Source of the DNA: Zygnema circumcarinatum SAG 698-1b
Lineage: Eukaryota > Plantae > Zygnematophyceae
Reading direction: 5' to 3'
DNA length: 64,000 nucleotides
Assembly: GCA_037447605.1 (NCBI GenBank)
Contig: CM074804.1
Location: forward strand, 1 to 64,000
Shown: piece by piece, positions 48,982-61,562 of the stretch
Layout of the letters: each line of letters begins with the position of its first letter
Position numbering within the stretch: the stretch's first letter is position 1
The notes under the pieces: model-generated
What the model saw: only the letters and a program-made list of their open reading frames with translations
Databases searched by the model: none
What the model was told of the DNA's origin: nothing
Position numbers and translations under genes: made by a program

Positions 48982-51900
48982 TCAAAAAAGTAGCATCTTT
49001 AATATTAGCACCACCAGCATAAAAAGACAAAGTACAATTAACAACATGATGCAGTACAGCATGGCGTTTCTTTTCTGCTTGTCCTGCGCCTGCACCAAAC
49101 AAACGTGCGGAGTCGGTTAGTCTACGCGCACTAGTTGCCCAAATGTCCGACAGACATCAATTTTGCGCGCAAGTAGAAGCACTGGCTGTGGCTTGAAGTA
49201 GATCCATGTTCGCCGCCAACAGCCGGCGACAGGCTGCTGCCACAAAGACACAGCGCGCCCTGACAGGAGCACCAACCACAGCTGTGCGGCACTATCCAAG
49301 ACACACTCAGAGGATCAAGCATGCAAATGTCGTCGTTGGTGACTGTGACATACCTTGGAGAGCTGGACAACGCCCTTCTCCACTCTTTCGCTAACGTTCT
49401 GAATGTTATAATCGATTCGATCTACCACTGTCCCCTGCGCAGGGAAAGGACAAACAGCACAACGTGACGCAAGCCTGAGGGGTTCTCTCTTTCTCCAGTC
49501 AGCAAGGCACATTCTGATTATGAAAACACGCATCATGCTGAGGTATAGATGGCTCCTATTGCTTTCCAAGTACACATGCTCCAAATAATTCGACAAAGCC
49601 CCTGATGCACGTTTTGCTTTTCTCATGTTGCAGAAGGATGGCCCTCAGCACTGAATTGCCCTCCCTCTCATAACTTACCTGGTCGATGACAAGCACTGAG
49701 AGGTCTTTCATCATCTGCGCTAACTCATTCACGGCAACGATGATCTGACCACCCACACAACATACCCACAGAGCTCCAGTGCAAGTCAATTGCCATGTCC
49801 TGCTGAATGCCAATACTGGAAAGTTTGTCATCACTTCAAATTTTAAAAAAGCATGTTTGCTTTCAAAGCTTTACCAATCCTGATCCTACTTCATGCCTGC
49901 AGTTTATCCAACATTAACATCGTTTGCTTCGATAATTTTACTTCCATTCCTTTAGCTAGATTTTTATTTTCGCTTTGACTGTCTAATTGGTTATTAAACA
50001 AACAGTATCTACCCATACTCGCCGTTCTAGAGACAGCAAAAATACCCAACTTCCTCAGAAGAATGCAGAAAGCCATAACCACGCAATCCTCGGAAGGAGA
50101 CAACCTTCTGACATTTTCATTGCTATATGTCGACCGCATGGGCCTGAAAAGTTGGATGGACTTCTGAGACTAGAAGGACAACCAGCTGAGCGGCTGCACT
50201 TAATGCAACTTTTTAAGACGAAAAGGGAGATCCCTTCTCAACACGACTGTAAATACACGGCGATGCATGATTCTCCCAAGTTGACTGTACTCAGTTCCCA
50301 TACTTGCAAGCAGAGAAACTAGCAATGGCCCTAACCATCCTCAGGCTCGTGGCTTACCTCATTCACCTCCTGCTCGCGCTCAGCAGAAACATGTTCCATG
50401 CGCTTCACACGCAACAGCTGGCGCTCATCGAAGCCCTGCAGATGCGGCACTGCTGCTTGGGCATATCAGGAAACGCATTTCTTCAGAACTTTTTGGCTAT
50501 GTTCACCTCAACAACAGAAGATGTGACACCTCGATTCTAAACAGTAACCCCCTTTTTAACCTAGTTGATGCAACCAGGTTGCAAAAGGACTGCATAAGAA
50601 GACATAGCAGAAGCAGAAAGCATGACACACAAGTTGGACCCAAAAGAAAGGAAGAAAAACAATCAGAGGAATACGATAAGAAGGACGCTGGAGGGCAATG
50701 GCGCTTAACGCTCACCGGGTCATAAAGCTCATCCTCGTCAGCTTGCTTACTGCTGCTCGAAGCGGCCGGTTTCTACAAAAGGGAACCACAAGCCAAGCGG
50801 ATAACAACACACCGTTGAAGCACGCACCCCTGCGAGACTGCACGGTAGCAGCATTTAAAGGTGAAGGGCAGGGAGCGAGAGGAAATGTAAAATAGAACGA
50901 GGGGCAAACACACCTCTTGCTGCTGTTCCAAGCGATTGAGGTACGCTTTTGATTGCTTGCGGAACTCCATAGAAAGGGTTTGTAAATCTGTAGCCATGCA
51001 TCTCTGATCACCCACGTGTATGCCAACATGTTATTACTCCACAAAAAGCAAGAACACAAACCGGGTCACTGAACAAGAACAGATCCCAATCTCAAAACAG
51101 GTGATCTTAAACACGCATGCATGCGAGAAGACCCTAAAGGGAAGTTTCGATCTCTTCCCAATTTCGAAAGGACTCCTACACTTAAACCGAATCTCCATGC
51201 ACGAGAAAACATGGCTGTAGGCATAATCGATTTACCTGCACATTTTTACATATACTGCTATTCTCGTCCGTGCCCATGTCTTGCGTCAAACGCTGCAAGT
51301 TTTTTTCACAACTCTTAAGTGATCTTGTGATCTCCTGCGTAAACAATTCAATATTTTCCTCATGCGAGTTTTGAGAATTGTCAAAATTGGGTAGCAATGC
51401 GCGCGCCTGGGCTTTCGCGAGCTCTGCCATTTTCCCGCGAATTTTCTGCATTTCTTCCTTTATTCTTTCAGACAGATCCACCCATAGGGGAGGCAAAGCA
51501 GCGGTTGGTCTCAGATCTCTGCGGTTCCAACGACAAGAGTTGATGATGAGTGAGAGGGAGAGAGAGTGAGTGAACAAGCGCGCTCAAATGAGAACGATAG
51601 CATGATTAAGGCCTACTCTAATTCAGGGCAGAAAAACGAATTAAGTTGAAAATATCACGGGACTCACGCCACTAAATTAGATGACCTTTTGTTGACTAAT
51701 GTGAGCATGTATGTCTAAATGTAAAAGAGAGCTACAACAGGAACACTGCTCCACAAAAAAAAGCACCAGTACCAATTTAGCGGGATGAGTCACGCGCACG
51801 GAAAAAACAGCCTTGCAGTAGGAAGCATAAGGCGCAGCATGCTAAAGCGCCGGTCCCTAGGATCCCATCCAAATCCATTAATCTGAACGTGACACCCTCC

Positions 51901-52087
51901 CTATTCCTGCTCACGAGGGTGCGACGTACTGCACGCTGTCTGAGAGCTCCAGCTGCACGTATCCGCCTCGCACGCCCTTCACCGGCATGTCTATCGCCGT
52001 GTGTCCATCTGCAGACGCAAACGGCTTCGCCTGCTTCACGGCCTCGCGGTACTTCAAAAACGCGGCGGTCCTGTTCCGCGTCGCCAT
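48982..52087 (-). CDS. SYP4: Syntaxin of plants SYP4 family (Qa-SNARE, syntaxin-16-like)
   Basis: MATRNRTAAFLKYREA, LPPLWVDLSERI, ALLPNFD, ATDLQTLSMEFRKQSKAYL, SNARE motif EREQEVNE|IIVAVNELAQMMKDLSVLVIDQ|GTVVDRIDYNIQNV and a C-terminal TM helix (MLYCIMLLIVLCLFMLVVLILKMLLF). Confidence 0.95.
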
Positions 52088-52719
52088 AGATGCTCGTTTG
52101 TATCCTAGTAATTCCGTGTTCCAGTCTAGGACTTCAGCTTTTTAGGGTTGAAATATCTCCAACTTGCTTCCTTTAAATCCATGAAATTCCCCCAGACTGC
52201 GTCAACTGCCCTTTGCTCGAGCAGCAGCGGTCCGAGCATGCGACGGAAGTCCTTCCTTGCGTGGCAATGACCGCTTCAAATCAGCGTAGTCGAGCCGAGC
52301 CGAGCCTGCAGGCCGCCCCGCCCCGCTCCGCTCCCCCCCCACGGAATGGAGCAAGGCAGGCCGATCCGTCCGCTTGGCCGCTTGGCCGCCTCCAACCGCT
52401 CCCTTCTTCCCGGCCCTGCCTGCCGTTCAGGAGGAGGATGCGTGACCGAGGGTGACGCCCGCCCGCCCGCCCGCCCGTACGGCCCAGCGCGCGCCCGCCC
52501 GCCCGCCCGCCCTCGAGCGAGCCCCGCCTCGCCCAACTCTCCTTCCAGGATCAACAACAACAACAACACCAACAACAACACCAACACCAACACGGCCCTA
52601 GAAACAAGTTCTGCAAACTCTCTTCTATTATTCCCCACGTCTCTACACCGTCTCTACGTCTGTTGATGCAAGCTCGAATTGGAGCTGGTCGCATTTCTGC
52701 CCTAAACTAGCGTTAACAT

Positions 52720-53275
52720 TTGTCAAGCACTTGGTCTCTTCCATGGACTCAACCAATGTCCTCCAAAGCTCAGCATTCTTCTTCTTTTCCATCTGAATTT
52801 CACCTACTACTCTTACAAATTCTAACTTCGCCTTCTTCAATTCTTAAGGAAGATTTTTTTCATTTGTGGCTGTCATTTTTGTTGTCTTTGATATTGACTT
52901 CCTAGTCTCACTTGACTCCTCAATATTGGAGCACTCCATCTGAAAAAATTCTAGGTTCTTGCCCACATAGACCTGCAGCTCTCCTAATTTCGAATAAATT
53001 TTTTGCCCCTTGTGCTATTTCATTGGACTGCTTTTCTATTTTTTTCTTTAAATGATGTGCTCCAGTATTGAGAAAGTGTCAAATGAGGCTAGGAAAGGAA
53101 AAGGCTACAGGGGTGGTAGCCACAAATGGGAGAAGGCTTCGTGAGGAATTGAGGAAAGCGAAGTTGGAATCCGTAAAGGTAATAGGTAAAATTTAGATGG
53201 AAAAGAAGAAGAATGTTGAGCTTTGGAAGACATTAGTTGAGTCCAAAGAAGAGACCACGTGTTTGAATTCGTAAA
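52720..53275. repeat. Long inverted duplication (arms about 52720-52950 and 53040-53275) of a decayed coiled-coil-coding sequence
   Basis: The minus arm encodes KKAKLEFVRVVGEIQMEKKKNAELWRTLVESMEETKCL and the plus arm encodes RKAKLESVKVIGKI*MEKKKNVELWKTLVESKEETTCL; nucleotide pairing continues inward to an unpaired loop of about 90 bp. Confidence 0.85.
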
Positions 53276-53462
53276 GGTTGCAGGTGCGGCGTATAATTGG
53301 AGGAGGAGGGCGAAAGAGAAAATGCTTGCAGGTGTAGCAATTGAAATGAGCAATTTGAGGGCAAAGAAAAAGAGTCGAGTAAAGGAGGCCCTGAGAGAGA
53401 GAGAGAGGCGAAAGGGGAGACTAAGCGACACTTGCACGAAGTGCAGAAGCAAGTTAGTCAGC

Positions 53463-53624
53463 TGTAGCGAACTGAACGCTACAGTCACCAAGGTGCCGCC
53501 GGCATGTTGGAGTTGTTCATACGGTTCGGCCGTACAAGGTCTCCGTACGTCCGTATGGCTCGTACTGTTGTAGCGTAACGGAGCTGCGTTCGACGGATCC
53601 GCGCCCGTTCAGTTGTACTTGACA
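53463..53624 (+). mobile_element. Short GTAC-rich LTR-like repeat, copy 1 (inverted homologue at 61425-61562)
   Basis: TGTAGCGAACTGAACGCTACAGTCACCAAGGTGCCGCCGGCA... is the reverse complement of 61455-61562 with scattered mismatches, and it resembles the terminus of the solo LTR ending at 58979. Confidence 0.55.
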
Positions 53625-53637
53625 TGTTCATATTCAG

Positions 53638-53836
53638 TGTCACGGACCGGCCTGATCCAGGAATTGCCGACGGAAAATGCGAGACGGCGGCGCCATTTGT
53701 TGGCGGCCCACGGGACAGCACACCATCCAGCTAGGCGCACTCGGAAGCGNNNNNNNNNNTTGTCTTGTTCTTCTCTTCTTCCTCTTCAGTTCCAGCAACA
53801 GATGCTAAGTGTGAGAGAGAGAGAGAGTTCCATGCC

Positions 53837-53867
<31 letters not shown>

Positions 53868-54373
53868 AAGAGTCTTCTTGCTGATAGCATTTAGACGTCC
53901 CATTCAGCCCAGCTAGACAAAGATTTCAGTGAGAAGATCCTTTCATTGTAATGACTATCCCCAGCCAACCGCTGGCTGGGGTGACTTTCCAAAATACAAC
54001 CTTTATCTAAATTGAGTCCTGTTTTCCCTTTGCTGTCACTATGCCAAGCTACCATCTTGTTCTATCCTGCCTTGCATCCCTCCCAATGACCAATGATAAC
54101 TAGAAGCCTAGCTAAGAGACTAGCGAGGAGGAGGGCCCGGGGAAGGAGCCCAAGGAAGGGCTCTTTCATCGAGAGAGTCGGCCACGTAGGTGGGGAACAT
54201 CTTGGGATCCCCTCGTCTTCATTTCTAGCGTACCTGCGAATCTCAGGATCTGGCTCTATCTTGCTTGAGACCCGAGGACCAACACAACCCTTCATCAGTT
54301 TCAGCACGGACGCGCGAGTGGCCGTACAGCACCTGCAACTAGCTCAGCAGTCTCCTCTTAACCCCACTTATCT
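53638..54373 (+). repeat. 5' LTR of the Gypsy element
   Basis: Begins TGTCACGG, ends directly before the PBS, and its last about 190 bp recur at 61234-61424. Confidence 0.75.
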
Positions 54374-54385
54374 TGGTATCAGAGC
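54374..54385 (+). other. Primer-binding site complementary to initiator tRNA-Met
   Basis: TGGTATCAGAGC directly after the 5' LTR, the canonical plant LTR-retrotransposon tRNA-iMet PBS. Confidence 0.9.
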
Positions 54386-57300
54386 CGAAGGTTTTGCAGA
54401 TCCACGTACCTTGATACGTGAGGCTGCCGATCCTGTGACCCGTGTCACAACCGCCATGGATGAAGAGCTGCAACAAGAGGGACAAGCAGATCTTCATGAG
54501 TATTCAGATGAAGACTTGGGACCTCAAGAAGAACAGGCGATCGGAAATCCAAGGACGGATTCAGACTCAGAGGAAGAAGCAGTCAGAGAGAGACTGAAGA
54601 TGGGCATCACCGAAGAGAACCCTTATCCCAGTCTGGCTTACCTTGAGCAGATCGACTCGATTGAAAGAAACTGCGGCGACTCCGTCCTGGCATTGATGGC
54701 CATAAACTCCGGTAGCGTATACGCGCCGGATGATCAAACTGCGGCCTGCCCGATCAGCATCCGCGGCCGCCTTGAGATGCCGTGAAGAGATGAGTGCCGT
54801 TCGAACCTGAGGTCCCCACCGCGGCCCACCAGAGACAGAACCCACGGGATCTCAGTCGGATAACTACTGCACCAGGAGTCCCTTCAAGCACAGCAGCGGC
54901 ACGCAGTCCTACAACAGAGCAAGGGATTCCTCAGAAGACACCCTCACCTCCGGCGTTCACAACTTACCCATCCGGCAGCCCCAGGCGAGCGGCCTTCAGG
55001 GGCTAGGGCAGGACGATCGCAAGGACCCTCCAGCTTTCGCACCAACCTGCCGAGAAGCACACGTGTGGTCGAGTTTCCAGCCAGATGGAAGAGATGATGA
55101 CAAAACTGATAGCCATTATTCCTGAAAAGAGTGAGGTAAAAGATACCACGGGCATCATCACTAGAGGTTTCACCGGCAAGCAGGAAGATGCAGAAGCCTG
55201 GCTGAGACATCTTGAGGAGAAGGCAGCGCAAGCAGACCTGAAGGAAGACCAGTGGATCAAGCTGGCCCTTGGAGCGCTGGAAGGAGAGGCAGTCAACTGG
55301 AAGCTGTCCCGAAACTGGCACAAAGCGGATGTCGTCGGCAACCTGACAAGGGACACATTCAAGCAGGCTTTCAGACAACGCTGGATTTCAGATCAATCCA
55401 GCGTGCTAGACGACACCATTTACATAGAGTGCTACGGTGATGGCGGTACATTGGCGAATTCACTGGCGTTTAGATGGCATGGCAAATCTGATCGAGAACT
55501 TGCGGCTCGGGATTCTCCCGTGGTTCATAAGGCCATCAGCGAAGGATCTCCACGGATGCGTGGTACTACGACAACCCACCAGCGGATGCCCAGGCATTGT
55601 TAGACAGGGCAGAGCGAATTCAGAAGGATCAAGAGAGGCAACCGACATGTACGACCACATTACATGAACGCTACAGATCCACGACAAGATCGACTCTACC
55701 AGCAGTTCCTGAAGACACAGAATCAGCAGTTGTATGATCCCTACGCTACATCTTCTAGGAACAAGCCGTCTTTCTCCGGCATCCCTGCTCAGGACGTCCG
55801 GGCAGCCCCTGTGGTGCAGCCTCTGGCTATAGCCAACGCGACCAAGCCCCTTCCCCTTTCCCCATACCCTCATGATCCTGCGCATCCCATTGAGCCGTCG
55901 GTGAATCCTCACATACCCGATGTTTCTCGTCCAGGATATCGGGGTCCTTACTCCGATCGAACACCCGAAGAGAGAGAAGCCGCCAGAGCCGATTTGCGCC
56001 GTCGGATGACAGAGGCAGGGGTTCCAGAGGGCGTTTGCCTTGCCTGCGGCCTGAATCATAATCCGCGGCTGCGTTGTGGACCATGGACCTGCACCTTCTG
56101 CCAGATCACGGGACATGATGCCCGTGTGTGCATGCGGAGACTTTCAAGTGAGAAGGCCCGAAAGGGGAAAGAGGCAGCTGCAGGGACCTCACCTGCAGAG
56201 ATCACCTTCATGGACATGCTCCCGGCTATTCACACACCACCGAGAACTCCGGCTCCCTTTCGCTTGCCTCCACCTCCTTCACCCGCTTATACCATCCTGC
56301 AGCGTCNNNNNNNNNNGCCATGATCGACACAGGAGCTATGCGCACAGTTCTGTCCAAGCCAGTGATGAAGGCTGCAGGGGTTAAGTTGGACAAGACGCTC
56401 GAGCCCATTCCCCGATATGTGGGGGTTGAGGGGAGCCTACATGAAGGATTGGGCAGTGCCCAAGTGATCATCAAGCCTTGGCGGATGGAGCCGCGGTGAA
56501 TCGCGATCATCCACGACGTGAGCCTTATTCTATCTGGCCCGGGCTGAATTGGCTCATTAAATTAGAACGAATGCGACTTTTCACATGTCGGTACTTATCT
56601 GGCGGGGCGGACTGCTCCTTCCCCATCATCCTCGAGTCCCTTGCCACCTCCGCCTTCCCCAAACGCCACGCCACGGCGCAGGTCTCCTACCCAGAGATCA
56701 CCATGTACCATTCTGTCGGCAGCCCCCATTCTTCCTATGGATCGGCCAATTCTGATACCGATGGCGAGACTTCCCCTCCTGCTCCCCCGAATCCAGCCCT
56801 CTGTGCGCCGACGGAGGAACTTTTGCCGCCGGTGCTCGCTGCACCCAGCTTCCCAGCCCACGAGACCATCGGTGATGAAGAGTGGCTGGAGATAGAGGGT
56901 CAGATGCGATTGGGGCCAGCAGTACTCTCAGACCCGATCAAGCATTCTCAACTACGCCAAGTGCTGCGCCGAAATCACCTAGTTTTCGCACGACATTCAC
57001 TCGACATCGGCAAGACCCACCTGATTGAGCACCATATCGATACGGGGGATGCACCTCCCGTGATGACCATGACTCCCTACCGCTTTTCCGCCGCTCAGCA
57101 GGCCGATGTCGAACGACAGATCGATGAGAACGTGGCAGCCGGCTTGATGGAACCCGGAGAAGGGCCTTGGGCCAGCCTGGCCGTTCTGCCCCCAAAGCCG
57201 GATGGCACACTCCGCTTCTGTGGTGACTATCGGAAACTGAATGCCATAACGAAGTGGGATCCTTATACGTTACCGGATGTGGACTTGATTCTCCACGGCG

Positions 57301-58233
57301 CGTCTCCCACGAGGACCGTTGGTTCTCGGCCTGTGGACATCGCGAAGTCGCCACGGCGATTCCCTGCGGCAGGCCGTCGGTACAAGGCGAGTGCGCTGGC
57401 CACGCCGTCGCGATTGGGCGAGTGCTTCCCCTTTGGGCTCAAAAATTCCAGCCAGACTCACCAGCGCACGGCCAGCCAGGTGATAGGCCCACAATGGCGC
57501 CTGCTTGAGCCTTAAGTGGATGATGCATCCCTCCACAGCAAGGACTGGTCCTCCCACCTGCAACACATTGACCAAGTGCTTCAACAGCTCATTAGTGCGC
57601 GTTTGAAGATTGCACCCAAGAAGTGCAAATGGGGCCATCAGGAGATCACTCATCTCGGGCACCGCCTCGGCATCAATGGCCTGAAACCATCACTCGACAA
57701 GATTAAAGCGATTGCCCTTATGCCGATTCCGCAGACCCTCACTCAGCTCAAGTCCTTCTTGGGGCTCACCTCATTCTATCGTCGGTTCATCAAGGGCTAT
57801 GCCCTTATCGCACGTCCCCTACATGCCTTGGAGAAGCACGGAGTCCAATACGAATGGAGCCGAGCGCAGGATTTGGCCTTCCACGCGCTCAAGAGTGCCC
57901 TCGCCGGGCTCCTTAATACGCATCAATTTGACCCCACCACGCCAACCATCATTGGCCGGTATTTGGAGTCACCGCGGGATTTAGGCGTGCTTGATCAAGC
58001 CTTCGGATGGGGAACACCCGGTGGGATTATGCTAGCGAGGGTTTGTTAGGAAGCGAGACCAATACGGCCCTGCGAGGGTGGCGGCGGCTATTCACGGAGC
58101 GGAAGTTCAAGCTCTTCTGACTACCCGACCCATTATCGTTAGGGTGACCACGTGCCACTCACTTGGGCGCACATCATGGCTACCCTACGACCTAAGTTTG
58201 CACGATGGGTGATGAAGTTGGAGGAGTATAATG

Positions 58234-58979
58234 TGTAACGACTGAAAACCGCCTCTTCTTCAGCCTGCGCGGAACAACACACCAGCACTCAGAGTTCAGC
58301 GAGAGAGAGAGAGAGTTTCAGAGGGTGGCGCAGCCCTGGGCAGGGGTGTAACCGAATGCCGGTACGTTGGTTGGGTCACGACAGTCACCCACGCCCCCTT
58401 ACGCTTCCCCCGTCGAACCTCCTACCAGCATGGAGGATTGGAAGCGAGGCTGTCAATGGCAGACGCCCGCGTGTTCTGCGACTCGGGAAGTGATTGAGAG
58501 GTGTACAACATCTGAAGCAGCTCACCACACATTCGCTGGCCCGGCGGCGCGCTGGCCGCGCCGCCGTATGTCGATTACGCGGTCGGATCCCGCAGCAGCG
58601 TAGCGGCCGGAGTCCATTGCTCGGCGCTTACGTACCAGCGGGTAGCGTTATTATGCCGGACGAGCGGAGAATCCCAAAAGAGGGGATCGGGCGCTGACTG
58701 AGATCAGCATCAGCGAACAGTTGGTCAGGTGGCGCCCGTTGGTCCGTGATCCTCCTCTACGCTGAGAGGAGGGGACCTTGGCCGCTGACGTGGGGCCCAT
58801 AGAGATTATGTGGCGGCCCCACGGGTGAACCAGTTCTTATGGTTCGAACCTAGGACCTCCGTCGTCCTATAGGGTGTCTGATGCTCCAACCATTAGGTAC
58901 AGCATTGGGTGGAAACATAAAACCACGCCGGGCTCCAAGTAACCCTTCCCCCTTGGGGTGACTGTAGCGTTTCGCTACA
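58234..58979. mobile_element. Solo LTR (746 bp) inserted in the RNaseH-integrase junction, TSD TAATG
   Basis: TGTAACG...CGCTACA termini flanked by TAATG at 58229-58233 and 58980-58984; removal restores LEEYNVLKVTHRPG. Confidence 0.9.
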
Positions 58980-59715
58980 TAATGTGCTCAAGGTCACCCA
59001 CCGTCCCGGCCGCAGTCACGGCAATGCTGACGGCCTCAGTCGCAATCCTTCGGCTCCCCTCCTCTGTCACGATCCGGCCGTTCCTGAACCCATCCCTCCA
59101 CCCACCCTCTTGAACCCTGAGCATCTTCCCATTGAGATTTTTATTGCCGCTCAAGCCCTGCATGATGTCCTATTCGCAGATGGGCTGATCGATATTCCGG
59201 CCACCGCCACCACCCTCCATCGCTGGGAGGACCCTGACTTCACCCACGGCCACCCCCATGCGGATCCGTGGGAACTCCTCATGGATGACGATGGCGACGC
59301 TCCCTTACTTCCTCCCCATTTCCCCAGCGCCAATGACGTCCATTCAGACTCCTCCCTTCTGCGCTACGTCATGACCCGCACGTTACCCCCCTTTATCACG
59401 GACACCGAGAGGGCTCGGCTGCTCCGCCGCTCTCGGAACTTCTCTGTTGATGATGACGGACAGATACTGTACCTCCCCTCTGGCCTTCCTGTTCCTTTCC
59501 CCAATGAACGCATGGAGATTCTGGATGTCGCCCACGATTCCCAGCCCGGCGGATTCCACCTCGGCCAGAAGAAGATGGTCGCCCTGCTGCAGGAGCGCTA
59601 TTATTGGCCCGGCCTCCACGGCGCGGTGAGCCGCTACATCGAAACCTGCACCCGTTGCCAACGCGGCAAACGCTCTGCTCCCCCCGACCGCTAACCCCTG
59701 GAGATGGGTGAGATC

Positions 59716-60690
59716 TGTTAGTGTTAGTGTGCTATAGTTAGACATTGTACGGGTTCACACTAACATTGTTGTGGTCCTCAGTTGGGAAACATGAGATCTG
59801 CTAGTAGTGTTCCTAGGAAATACGGTCGGGCCAAATGTCGGTGGCCCGTACGCTTTTCGGGCGCGGAGAATGTCGGCGATGTCGCGAGGAACTTGCGTGG
59901 AACCGCAGATGCTGATCAGCGGACTCACGGCGAATCGCTCCACCCGGAGGGCCGGTGCGGCAAATACGGGCGGTGTGAGCAGCCAGTCACGGCCAACCCG
60001 AGTTTGCATTAAGCGGGCCGGCGGACGAATGTGTATGCGGTGCGGCCTTGAAAGCGGCGTACGGCGCCCGGCGGCGGGGCAGCGTCTGGGGCCGAGCGTG
60101 AAGTTACAGCGCTCGAAGCGGGCCCAGCCAGTTCAGATAGGCGGCAGGCTGACACGGACGACGACTAGGTCGATGTGGCGTATAGGTTCTGAAAAGGCGC
60201 GCCAAGGCTGGATGTTGAGCAGCGTGCACAGGCTGAGAGCGCGCCGAGGGGCGGCATTGACGTGACATCGGTCAACAAGGAAGATGTCACGTAACACGGC
60301 CATGGCGGTATATAGGGTTTAGCTTTGTTATGTAGGATACCCACATTAGCCACGTAGTCCGTGACTTATTACGTACTGCTCGTGTTGCTGGTACGCCTGC
60401 TTTGTAAGGTAGTAGTAAGGGGAGAAGTAGCTAGTGAGAGGGGGAGAACTTCATGTGGGTGACATTCTTATTATAAAGGAGTTTTAGAGCCGTGAGCTTT
60501 CTCCTATACTCTCTTGTGTGTGATTTCCGCTGTGCTCGTCTCTGCGTTCATTCTGTGAGTTATGGGCTATAAGTGAAGTGAGATAGAGTGAGAGAGAGTG
60601 AAGATGTCTTCATCGGTGGGAACCGGAGTTCCAATGGAGGGCGACACGCGAGGTGGCGCCGGGAGCAGCGAGCAGATCCAGACTCCAACA
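59716..60690. mobile_element. Solo LTR (975 bp) inserted in integrase, TSD AGATC
   Basis: TGTTAG...CCAACA termini flanked by AGATC at 59711-59715 and 60691-60695; removal restores PLEMGEIPIRGVAEDWNID. Confidence 0.9.
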
Positions 60691-61233
60691 AGATCCCCAT
60701 ACGAGGCGTCGCCGAAGATTGGAACATTGACACCTTTTCTATCCCCCAGCTCGGCACCCCCTCTGGCTACATTCGAGTCTTCCTAGCCGTGGACAGATAC
60801 ACCAAGTGGGTGGAAGTTCATACAACAGAATCTAAGCATTCCATCCACTTTGCTCGCCTCCTGACGGCCATCATTCACCGCCACTCTCTACCCTACTCTG
60901 TCCACTCTGACAATGGCACCGAATACAAGGGGGCATTTGCCAAGCTCATGCAGGACTTCCGCATCATTCACCACACCTCTAGCCCCTACTCCCCCTGGCA
61001 GAATGGGCTTGCAGAACGTACCATACAGACGGTCAAGGATGCGTGCGTTCGCGGCTGCGCGGAGCTGGAGGCGGACTGGCGCGAGGTCATCCCCTCCCTG
61101 GTCTTCACGTACAACACCTCTGTTCACTCCTCCACTGGCTTCTCTCCCTACGAGCTCCTCTATGGCCGTAAGCCCCGCATTCCCCTTGACCTCCTCTCTG
61201 CTGAGCCCCTCTTCCACGATGANNNNNNNNNNC

Positions 61234-61424
61234 GCCGGTGGGAACATCTTCAGGATCCCTACGTCTTCCGCTGCGCGTACCTCTGAATCTCCCGGATCCT
61301 GGCTCTATGCTGCAGGCAGACCCACAAGACCAACACAACCCTTCATCAGTTTCAGCACGGACGCGCGAGTGGCCGTACAGCACCTGCAACTAGCTCAGCA
61401 GTCTCCTCTTAACCCCACTCATCT
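61234..61424 (+). repeat. 3' part of the Gypsy 3' LTR, following an assembly gap
   Basis: The last about 100 bp are nearly identical to 54275-54373; the part next to the N gap matches only noisily. Confidence 0.8.
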
Positions 61425-61562
61425 TGTGCTACACTGTAGAGACGCGCATGGATCCGTACGGTCGAGTCGTACGGCTGCACGGAGGCCTTGTACGGCCGAA
61501 CTGTACGAGCAACTCCAAAGTGCCGGCAGCACCTTGGTGACTGTAGCGTTCAGTTCGGTACA
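61425..61562 (-). mobile_element. Short GTAC-rich LTR-like repeat, copy 2
   Basis: Inverted homologue of 53463-53624 with TG..CA ends, flanked by CATCT and CAGCT (a possible TSD with one mismatch). Confidence 0.5.

Larger units (their letters stand above)
54456..61223 (+). pseudogene. Disrupted gag-pol polyprotein
   Basis: Gag core (FTGKQEDAEAWLRHLE), Zn knuckle CTFCQITGHDARVC, protease MIDTGA, RT (KPDGTLRFCGDYRKLN, VDD region), RNaseH end (KVTHRPGRSHGNADGLSR), integrase HHCC (H..GFHLG..YYWPGL..CTRCQR) and rve core (SDNGTEY, QNGLAER); multiple frameshifts and stops plus two insertions. Confidence 0.9.
53638..61424 (+). mobile_element. Decayed Ty3/Gypsy LTR retrotransposon containing two nested solo LTRs
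   Basis: LTR-PBS-gag-protease-RT-RNaseH-integrase order; the 3' ends of the two LTRs match (GACCAACACAACCC...AACCCCACT(T/C)ATCT); three N gaps; no TSD found. Confidence 0.92.

Noticed and set aside
57270-58200. Unusual RT/RNaseH sequence suggesting a novel retroelement lineage
   Set aside because: Deviations are dense indels typical of decay or unpolished reads; the surrounding motifs are ordinary Gypsy.
2870-61233. Six 10-N runs (2870, 5271, 36169, 53750, 56307, 61224) as biological features
   Set aside because: These are fixed-length assembly gaps at low-complexity or repeat sequence; true distances across them are unknown.
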